Source: Desulfatiglandales bacterium
GTDB lineage: Bacteria > Desulfobacterota > DSM-4660 > Desulfatiglandales > HGW-15
DNA length: 64,000 bases
Assembly (NCBI GenBank): GCA_963667015.2
Contig: CAXXJJ010000001.1
Coordinates: 608,001 to 672,000 of the forward strand
Direction of reading: 5' to 3'
The notes under the pieces were generated by a model that had not been told where the DNA came from, did not search any database, and was given only the letters and a program-made list of their open reading frames with translations. The position numbers and the translations under genes are program-made. Shown in pieces: positions 40,021 through 47,631 of the stretch (positions are counted from its first letter, which is position 1; each line of letters opens with the position of its first letter).

Positions 40021-40036
40021 ATAATTATAGCTAAAT

Positions 40037-40282
40037 ATGGGCGCAATCATAATTATATTTCCTATTGGTATTATAACGATTATAGCATATTTCATTGTAT
40101 CACCTGAAATTGCTGTTTGGATTACTTTATGTTGTTTGATGGTATGGAATATCTTTTCTCTTATTAAAAGTTTCACCCTTTATAGGTCTTTTGTTAGAGG
40201 GGCACCTATTAAAGTGAACATACCGGGGTTAACCCTTGACATTGAGAAGCGCCGATTAAAACCGGCAGGTAACAGGGGATGA
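40037..40282 (+). pseudogene. two-TM membrane protein apparently truncated at the junction motif
   Basis: the last 19 or so codons come from the repeat and intron sequence. Confidence 0.45.
40224..40245 (+). repeat. junction motif copy 2
   Basis: CGGGGTTAACCCTTGACATTGA. Confidence 0.8.
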
Positions 40283-40515
40283 AAGTTCCCTATGGTGAAG
40301 GGATAACTACCCACACCAGCCCCGAGTCATGCGGCGATAATGGTATCATTATAACCGAAGCGTTGACAGGGGAAAGTGCAGGCTGAGTATTGAGCCTCGT
40401 AATAGGGCTAAGTTCAAGTGTCGATGTGATTCATTGCAACAGAAGACAACATCTTATGATCCGAAATGGTGAGGATTATAAGAACTTGGCGGGGTTGGAG
40501 ACCTCATGCATGAAA
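40246..40515 (+). mobile_element. group II intron 5' fragment (domain I); no RT ORF and no domain V
   Basis: ATGAAAG..CCTATGGTGAAGG...CCACACC.GCCCCGAGTCATGCG...GAAGCGTTGACAGGGGAAAGTGCAGGC.G.GTATTGAGCC, recalled as typical domain I sequence. Confidence 0.7.
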
Positions 40516-40519
40516 AGCT

Positions 40520-40543
40520 CGGGGTCAGCCCTTGACATTGACA
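40520..40543 (+). repeat. junction motif copy 3
   Basis: CGGGGTCAGCCCTTGACATTGACA. Confidence 0.8.
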
Positions 40544-41069
40544 TTTTTATCACTTGAACATGGTACAATCGCAAGAGCTGATCCCGGATCAGCTGCGTTA
40601 AATGCCTCAAGATTCTGGGTGGATATCGCTATTTATCGGAAATGCTCATGTTGGCAAATCCGATAAATGGAAAAATAAATTTTAAAAACATGCGTAATAA
40701 AAAGCACTTATCTAATTTTATAGGTGATAAATATCTGTGAAAAAACAGATATCCGGACCATAAAATCCCTATTTGGGGAAAATGCCAATATCAGCAAAAT
40801 CCCCAAATGGAATTTAGGTTATTAAGTCATGCGATATTTAGGTTTTTGGGTTGTTTTTAATGCTTCCTGGCAGATTATCTAAGATATTTAAAAGCTCCTG
40901 TTTAACCTCTTGATATAAAATAAATGCTCAATATTTTATAATTATATGTTCGTATATATTCTTAGATAATATATAAGCATATGAAATATATTGAGATTTT
41001 AGCTTGAAATATAATGTATAATGTCGTATATTGGTAAGCATTCATGTCGTATTTTTGTGAGGAAGTAAT

Positions 41070-41486
41070 ATGCCGGTTAAAGATACATTAGAAGGGAAAA
41101 TAACTTACCGTGTAAAGCGCAGTAAGAACCCTGTTTTTGTACGTGATGACTTCAAGGATATTGGAGGCTATGACCAGGTCGGACGCATTTTAAGAGGTCT
41201 TGTCAAAGAAGGTCTTCTTATTAGTCTCGGTTATGGCGCATATGCACGTTCTAAAAGGTCAAGTGTCAGCGGCAACGTTGTTCCTGAAAGGCCATTGCCG
41301 GAACTTGCCAAAAGACTTCTAAAAAAACTTGATGTTAAAATTGCCCCGTCCTCTGCTGAAAGGGCCTATAACTCTGGAACAACAACCCAGGTTCCGACTG
41401 GACGAGTGATTGGCGTTAAGAGCAGAATTGTGCGGCGTATCGGCTACAACGGAAGGTATATTTCTTTTGAAAAAGTCGCTGGATAA
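41070..41486 (+). CDS. DUF6088/AbiEi-type antitoxin
   Basis: VFVRDDFKDIGGYDQVGRILRGLV..G.L...GYGAYA, AYNSG.TTQVP; overlaps the toxin gene. Confidence 0.8.
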   Translation: MPVKDTLEGKITYRVKRSKNPVFVRDDFKDIGGYDQVGRILRGLVKEGLLISLGYGAYARSKRSSVSGNVVPERPLPELAKRLLKKLDVKIAPSSAERAYNSGTTTQVPTGRVIGVKSRIVRRIGYNGRYISFEKVAG

Positions 41487-42408
41487 GACTCTTATTGAGG
41501 ATGTTGCCCTGGAATTGGGTATTGATCCATCTTTTATAGAGAAGGATTGGTACGCGGTGCAGCTTCTTGTTCTTCTATCTGAGTTGAAAGGTAGCAGAGA
41601 TGTGAGAATGGTATTTTCTGGTGGAACGAGTCTTGCCAAGGGATATGGTTTAATAAAAAGATTTTCAGAAGATTTGGATTTTATATTAACCCTTCCCAAA
41701 GGTGTTTCATTATCTACCGGACAACGACGAGGATTCCGCAAAGAGATAGTTGCTGCCATACAAGACGATGAACGTTTTTCTATTGATGAAAATAAAGTTT
41801 TGCGCGGTGATAGTCATCGTTTCTTTAAAATACCTATTCAATACGATAGAGCATTTGATGGCGCTATTCTTAGGCCCCACCTGCAACTGGAAATGACCTT
41901 TATGAAGCTCAAGAGACCTGTTGAGACACAGGCTATTCTTTCGATAGTTTCAGATGTAACAAAAACCGAACCGGAACTTGAAATTGACTGTGTCGCGGCT
42001 ATTGAAACTGCGGGTGACAAATTAAGTGCGTTAACCTGGCGTGTCCTTATGCGTGATAGGGAGAATGAGAAAGATGATCCCACAATAATACGACACCTTC
42101 ATGACCTTGCCGTATTAGAAAATATGATAACAGTTGCGGAAGGTGATTTTGTTTCATCGGCCAAGGAGTCTCTGGAACAAGATCAAATTCGCAGAGGTGG
42201 AGGTAACTTTGCACATATGTCAATTGTTGATAGATTGGCGAATGCGTTGCAAACCTTAAGAACGGATGCATTATATCGAGAAGAATATGAACTGTTTGTC
42301 GAAAGCATGTCCTATGCTGCCGAGGAAGAGCTGATAAATTTTAAAGAGGCAGTTCAAGCGCTTGAGAGAATAATTGGTATTTATAATCAAAAAAAATTCT
42401 TTATGTGA
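41467..42408 (+). CDS. AbiEii/AbiGii nucleotidyltransferase toxin
   Basis: IEKDWY, FSGGTSLAKGYGLIKRFSEDLDF, DKLSAL, RHLHDL. Confidence 0.88.
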   Translation: MKKSLDKTLIEDVALELGIDPSFIEKDWYAVQLLVLLSELKGSRDVRMVFSGGTSLAKGYGLIKRFSEDLDFILTLPKGVSLSTGQRRGFRKEIVAAIQDDERFSIDENKVLRGDSHRFFKIPIQYDRAFDGAILRPHLQLEMTFMKLKRPVETQAILSIVSDVTKTEPELEIDCVAAIETAGDKLSALTWRVLMRDRENEKDDPTIIRHLHDLAVLENMITVAEGDFVSSAKESLEQDQIRRGGGNFAHMSIVDRLANALQTLRTDALYREEYELFVESMSYAAEEELINFKEAVQALERIIGIYNQKKFFM

Positions 42409-42458
42409 AGATCATCGACATCCTCATATTTTTTATCAGGCCACCTTAAATTCGTTAA

Positions 42459-42665
42459 TTATGTCGTTAAGATGTTTTGCAAGTCCGGATAATCCCTCCG
42501 CACTTGTTTGAACATGGCCGCTGCTATGGTTGTTACTATTTTGTCAATGTCTCTGATGACTTTGTAAATCGCAGTAATTTCGGAAATTGTTACGCCCGTT
42601 GAATTCTGGATAGTCTTTATCATCAGGTTGATTTCAGCTGTTGCCTCTGCAGTCTGCTTTGCCGG
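42459..42665 (-). pseudogene. methyl-accepting chemotaxis protein signalling-domain fragment
   Basis: AKQTAEATAEINLMIKTIQNST...IDKIVTTIAAA with no start or sensor domain. Confidence 0.6.
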
Positions 42666-42821
42666 TGATGATTATTATTGACATGAGCCATTGAGTGGAC
42701 CTGATAGAGACAAATGTTTCCGATTAATCAATCTTTGCTGCAGATCTGTATTTTGACATGCATGAACCGTCATTCACTCTGTGCGCAATGGCATGCTGCT
42801 CCGGAATAAATTAAAAATGTC

Positions 42822-42850
42822 TTGACGCACAAAGGGCAAATTTTTATCAT
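42822..42850 (+). promoter_or_regulatory. sigma-70 promoter of the cupin-like pair
   Basis: TTGACG-17bp-TATCAT. Confidence 0.55.
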
Positions 42851-42896
42851 CCCAGCTACCTGAGCACATAAATTAATATATAAAGAGGTATACCAA

Positions 42897-43448
42897 ATGG
42901 GTGAATATGACGGGTTGTTCTACAGGTTTGAAAAAAAAGAGACTCACGCCGGAGGCATGCTGCCGCCGGTTCAGGCCTATTTTCGTGGTGAGTCCTGCAT
43001 ACCCGGCTCCCAGATATATCTGCCCTATCGGGCATATATGAAACCCGGTATAATTGACCCTGAGCCCCATTCCCACCGTGACGAAGAATATCTTGCCTTT
43101 GTTGGGCATGATTTACGAAATGCCTTTACATCCTTTGACGCGGAAATCGAGATGTGGCTTGGTGAAGACCTGGATTGCATGGAAAAGATCGTGATCACAA
43201 AACCTACGATGGTTCGCGTGCCGCAGTTCTACTGGCATGGACCTGTTGAGATCAAACGCCTCGGAAAGCCTCTGTTCTTTCAGCCGGTGCTGTTCAATAG
43301 CAGGTACAATGCCATAAGGAAAAGAGAGGACTCATCGGGGAAAACATATTATGAGACTATAGTCGAGGGAATAACCCCCTGCAGGCTGGACGATTCAGCC
43401 CTATGCAGCTTTTGCGGCAAATGCAGTGAAACAATGAAGGAGAGCTAA
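42897..43448 (+). CDS. cupin-like protein with C-terminal C-x7-C-x2-C-x2-C
   Basis: EPHSHRDEEY...VRVPQFYWHGP; PCRLDDSALCSFCGKC. Confidence 0.75.
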   Translation: MGEYDGLFYRFEKKETHAGGMLPPVQAYFRGESCIPGSQIYLPYRAYMKPGIIDPEPHSHRDEEYLAFVGHDLRNAFTSFDAEIEMWLGEDLDCMEKIVITKPTMVRVPQFYWHGPVEIKRLGKPLFFQPVLFNSRYNAIRKREDSSGKTYYETIVEGITPCRLDDSALCSFCGKCSETMKES

Positions 43449-43451
43449 AAA

Positions 43452-44051
43452 ATGTCCAGCTATGATCACCTGATTCATGAATTCGAAAAACAGTATAATT
43501 TCTGGGGTGATTTCATGCCTCCCTATCAGGCATATTTCCGGGGTCACGACTGTATGCCCGATTCAAGCCTCTATGCCAGTTACCGCTGTTATATGAAGGA
43601 GGCCTTTGTGGATCTCTGGCCCAACTTTCATTCTGAAGAAGAGTATCTGTGCTTCACCGGGTATGATATGGTCGACCCATGGGGGTCCTTTGATGCGGAG
43701 ATCGAGTTCTGGATCGGGAAAGAGCTTCATAAACTGGAAAAACACATAATCACCGAACCGACCATTGTCAGGATACCGCCATACACCTGGCACTGCCCGC
43801 TTGAGTATAAGCGTGTTACCAAACCTGTATATCTTCAGGTCCTGAGCATGAGGGGAAAATTCGGTGCGTTTTTTCACAGAACGAACGCGGATGGCAGAAC
43901 ATATATCGAGTATGTCGGATCAAAAGGGCATAAACCCTGTTCGCTGGATACCTCAAAACAATGCACCTTCTGTGGTAAGTGTTTTAAGGATTCGCTGCCG
44001 CCTGACTCGCCTAAAAGTGCCACAGAGGCAGCTGAAAGGTATAAAAGATAA
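43452..44051 (+). CDS. paralogous cupin-like protein with C-terminal C-x7-C-x2-C-x2-C
   Basis: PNFHSEEEY...VRIPPYTWHCP; PCSLDTSKQCTFCGKC. Confidence 0.75.
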   Translation: MSSYDHLIHEFEKQYNFWGDFMPPYQAYFRGHDCMPDSSLYASYRCYMKEAFVDLWPNFHSEEEYLCFTGYDMVDPWGSFDAEIEFWIGKELHKLEKHIITEPTIVRIPPYTWHCPLEYKRVTKPVYLQVLSMRGKFGAFFHRTNADGRTYIEYVGSKGHKPCSLDTSKQCTFCGKCFKDSLPPDSPKSATEAAERYKR

Positions 44052-44271
44052 GGTAGATGGAAATCTAAATACTCTGTTTCTGCACCAGGTTGATAGTTTG
44101 AAAAGTTATTTGTAATATATTCGATGGCCCACATTCGGAGTTATTTTTTTCGATTTTGATTGTTATTATTGTATCTAATACTATTATTTTTGAATGAAAA
44201 AATGATAACTTGTTGAAATAATGGGTATATATTGTGGTATTGGCAAGTTAGGTATTTTAGATCAATTATGT

Positions 44272-44322
44272 TCATAACCCGAAGGGCTGCGGTTCAAATC
44301 TCTTCCCCCCCCCCCACCACCA
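44272..44322 (+). repeat. degenerate third copy of the tRNA-Met 3' half
   Basis: TCATAACCCGAAGG...GGTTCAAATC...C-run...ACCACCA. Confidence 0.7.
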
Positions 44323-44452
44323 TAAAAAAAGGACTTATGCCAGAATGGTTTAAGCCTTTTTTGTTCCTTTAAAATGGTAACTGTATGTATAAATTTTTCT
44401 GAATTTATGTTGACAATCATTGCCCCCCTTCCCTGGCTTTAATTATGGCATG

Positions 44453-44605
44453 TGTAAAAGAATGCAGAATTAAAGCAAAATATTACATATAAAAATGGTA
44501 TTTTTTTACATATAGTATCTGGACTATTTCGAACCCTTTATAACCAATGGATATTTATATGTATTTGGTGTGTGGTGTCATTGCTGTTTTGGCACTTTTT
44601 TTGCT
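44453..44605 (+). promoter_or_regulatory. enhancer boxes plus sigma-54 promoter of PEP-CTERM gene 2
   Basis: TGGCAC-N5-TTGCT consensus at 44590-44605; TGTAAAAG at 44453; TGGTA...TTTACA at 44496. Confidence 0.75.
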
Positions 44606-44950
44606 TTAACAATTAGAGTAAAATTCTACTTACTTTCTTTAAGAATCGGAAAATCTAAAATTATATTACCTGAACATAGCTAAACGTCAATTCTTCTTAC
44701 TCTACCTGTCATTTGATCTGGAATCACTTATTGAAAAGCATTGATAATCAGAAAGATGGAATTTGTTTATTTTTTAACATTTAACCCAGACTTTTATTAT
44801 CACTAAATGTTTTTTAGGCCTATCTATAACTTTAGCCATTGAAAGGAGGTGTTCCTAAGTCAGGATTTCAAAACAATGTAATTCAGAGGTAGTGTGTCAA
44901 TTATTCATGCTTATTAAATAGTTTTTTAATATCAGGAAGGGGGAATTGAT

Positions 44951-45790
44951 ATGAAAAAAAATTTTTGCGTTGTAATGATATTTATTTGCAGTTTATTTTT
45001 TATAAATGGTGAGATTTTTGCAGATAATATTTTATTAACCCAATTTGACGAACCATACGGTTATGCACAAATGGAAGCCAACCTTGAAAGCCTTGGTCAC
45101 ACGGTTGATATTGTTGATGGCACAACCGATGGTAATATTGCTGCTGCTTTAAATACCGGAGAATATGATCAGGTTTTTCTGTGGGATCTTGCATGGAAAG
45201 GCTATATCTCTGCGGGTGATGTAGGTGCAATTAGTACTTTTTTTTCTGACCATAGTTCTCTGGTGGTTGACAGCCGTTCTTACGCATATTATTATCAACC
45301 AGATAATGCTTCCGAAATTGCTCTTCTTCAAAATATTGCCACAGAATTTGCAGCAAGGGGAGGAGGCGTCTGGGTTGGAACAGATCACGACCCATATTGG
45401 ACATACAATAGCAATCCATTTCTTGCGTCCATCGGTGTAGAAACGGTTACCGGAATTTATTCTACTCCAGTTAATGATTATGATCCCAACTCTGTCCTGC
45501 TGGATGGCGTAAACGTAAATGAACTTTGGGCTGGAGGCGCATCTGTTGGGGCCGCCCCCTTAGGAATTCAGCCTAACGGGATGGATATGCGTTTTCATTT
45601 CGGGTATTCAGATGGCCAGTATGGCGCAGTCCCGTATATTACTGCCAGCTTTGGAGACTATATTACTGATGATGAAGATCCTGATGACCACTATAATGAC
45701 ACCCCCCCTGTTCCAGAACCAGCGACTATGCTTCTTCTCGGCACGGGTCTGGCAGGGCTTGCCGGTTTTAGACGTAAGTTTAAGAAATAA
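44951..45790 (+). CDS. PEP-CTERM protein
   Basis: signal peptide; acidic linker; PVPEPATMLLLGTGLAGLAGFRRKFKK. Confidence 0.88.
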   Translation: MKKNFCVVMIFICSLFFINGEIFADNILLTQFDEPYGYAQMEANLESLGHTVDIVDGTTDGNIAAALNTGEYDQVFLWDLAWKGYISAGDVGAISTFFSDHSSLVVDSRSYAYYYQPDNASEIALLQNIATEFAARGGGVWVGTDHDPYWTYNSNPFLASIGVETVTGIYSTPVNDYDPNSVLLDGVNVNELWAGGASVGAAPLGIQPNGMDMRFHFGYSDGQYGAVPYITASFGDYITDDEDPDDHYNDTPPVPEPATMLLLGTGLAGLAGFRRKFKK

Positions 45791-45821
45791 TAATTAAATG
45801 TATCTACTTAGTAAATAATCT

Positions 45822-45854
45822 AAAGGCAGGGCCTTTATAGGCGCTGCCTTTTTT
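45822..45854 (+). terminator. intrinsic terminator
   Basis: AAAGGCAG/CTGCCTTT stem plus T tract. Confidence 0.7.
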
Positions 45855-45908
45855 CCTCACTGTCGGTAAACCGGGTTTCCCTGAAGAGTTAATAGGAAGG
45901 TACTTTTC

Positions 45909-46295
45909 ATGTCAATTGAAATCAGGTATGACCAAAACCGAAGGATGCTTAATATTGCAATATCCGGCACATCGGATTTTGAAGAATATTCCTCCGCTCT
46001 GGAATCAATAACCCACTCAGGGAATTATCCGCCAAATATAAGAACCCTGTGGGATCTTCGTGAGGCAGATTTTTCTCCTGAAAATTTCACATCCATTAAA
46101 AAATTTGTGGGAATCGGGATACGTTTTAAACAGCGCAATAACTGCAGGGTAGCCCTGGTAGCTTCCAGTAACCTGCAGTATGGCATTTGCAGAATGTTTC
46201 AAATGCTTTTAGAGAGTAAAATGCCCCATGAACTTGAGGTTTTTCGTGATTATGAAGAAGGAGAGCAATGGCTTCTTGAAGGTCATGTACACTAA
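45909..46295 (+). CDS. small STAS/SpoIIAA-like hypothetical protein
   Basis: LWDLREA, RVALVA..LQYG..RM, VFRD..E..QWL. Confidence 0.65.
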   Translation: MSIEIRYDQNRRMLNIAISGTSDFEEYSSALESITHSGNYPPNIRTLWDLREADFSPENFTSIKKFVGIGIRFKQRNNCRVALVASSNLQYGICRMFQMLLESKMPHELEVFRDYEEGEQWLLEGHVH

Positions 46296-46318
46296 ACCGA
46301 AGTATTTCTTTTACTAAT

Positions 46319-47434
46319 TCAATCTGCGAAAACAGGAAGTTCAACAATAAACCTTGCCCCTTCAGCAGTATTCCCCACAAAGATATTTCCGCCATAGCCT
46401 TTTACTATCTCAAAGCAGATACTCAAACCGAGGCCTGTGCCTTTACCCTTAGGTTTAGTTGTGAACAGCGGTTCAAATATCTTTTTGAGGTTTTCTTCCG
46501 GGATGCCCGGACCATTATCCTGAAATATAATACGAACCATATTTTCACGGGTTTCGGTTTTAATGGTAATTCTTCCTGCCTTTTCCCTGTTCTCGCTTAC
46601 CGCATGGCATGAATTGCCGATGATATTCAAAAAAACCTGCTGCAGTTCAAAGGAGTTGGCTATGATTGACGGGGTATAGGAGGCTGGCTCGAATATGAGT
46701 TTTATCCCGTTCTTTTTTAATTCAAATTCAACAAGGTCAATACTGTTTTCAATAACAGAATGTATTTCAACCGCAGCCTTTTCACCTTTACTTTTTCTCG
46801 AAAAGGAGAGCAGTTTTTCGACTATACTCCTGCATAAAAGGGCGCTTGTCTTAATTTTATTATTATAATTTTCAATCCTGGGAGTGGCCTCTTCAGTCAA
46901 TTCAATTAATTCGGAAAAACCGATGATTGATGTCAGAGGGTTGTTGATTTCATGCGCAACACCTGCGACAAGCTGCCCTATTATAGAAAATTTTTCCGAT
47001 TCAATCAGCTGAGCCCTGACCATGGCCAGTTCCTCCGATGCCTCCTTTGCCTCGGAAAACTTCCTGTTTCGTTTGACACCCCTGTGAACCGCATCTTTAA
47101 GTTCTTCATTTACAAAGGGCTTGTCAATATAGTCATATGCCCCGTATCTAAGGGCATTTCTGGCGGATTTGACATCGGAGTGGGCGGTCAGGATCAGGAC
47201 CTCAATGTCAGGATTTATTTTTTTTATTTCAACCAGGGTTTCGATGCCTGACCTTCCGGGCATCTGCAGGTCAAGGGTAACAACATTAAATTCATGGTCA
47301 TGGCTTAAAATCTCAAGTGCATGATCGCCGCTTTCCGCCTGCGTAATACTGTAGTCATCTCCCAGGACGCTGGCCACGGCAATCCTGACACTGGCGTTAT
47401 CGTCAATAACCATTACTTTATAATTCCTGTCCAA
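46319..47434 (-). CDS. receiver-histidine kinase hybrid
   Basis: [31 protein letters not shown]. Confidence 0.92.
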   Translation of the reverse strand: MDRNYKVMVIDDNASVRIAVASVLGDDYSITQAESGDHALEILSHDHEFNVVTLDLQMPGRSGIETLVEIKKINPDIEVLILTAHSDVKSARNALRYGAYDYIDKPFVNEELKDAVHRGVKRNRKFSEAKEASEELAMVRAQLIESEKFSIIGQLVAGVAHEINNPLTSIIGFSELIELTEEATPRIENYNNKIKTSALLCRSIVEKLLSFSRKSKGEKAAVEIHSVIENSIDLVEFELKKNGIKLIFEPASYTPSIIANSFELQQVFLNIIGNSCHAVSENREKAGRITIKTETRENMVRIIFQDNGPGIPEENLKKIFEPLFTTKPKGKGTGLGLSICFEIVKGYGGNIFVGNTAEGARFIVELPVFAD

Positions 47435-47631
47435 TGAAACTCTCTCTATATTTAGCTGATATTTTTATCTGAATTTCGGTTTACTGTATGATTTTAATAA
47501 ACCGGTTAAATAAAATCAATCGTGTCCTGTTTTAGTGCAAAAGTTGTTCCAAGAATATTATGGACAGAGGGGATAGATAATGCTATTAAAGTCATCTTTT
47601 CCAAGAAGAAATAATCGGAGGACAGAATAAA

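Larger units (their letters stand above)
35623..44322. mobile_element. decayed tandem genomic islands integrated at tRNA-fMet
   Basis: tRNA 3' half repeated at 37293 and 44272; AT-rich cargo, toxin-antitoxin genes and pseudogenes; no integrase. Confidence 0.7.

Noticed and set aside
38966..40223. integron cassette array
   Set aside because: The 16-17 bp spacers are too short for attC sites and there is no intI.
41005..41035. dif site (ATAATGTATA...)
   Set aside because: There is no XerD arm (TTATGTTAAAT) at the required spacing.
35590..44322. CRISPR array formed by the recurring repeats
   Set aside because: The repeats are tRNA-derived, kilobases apart and irregularly spaced, and there are no cas genes.
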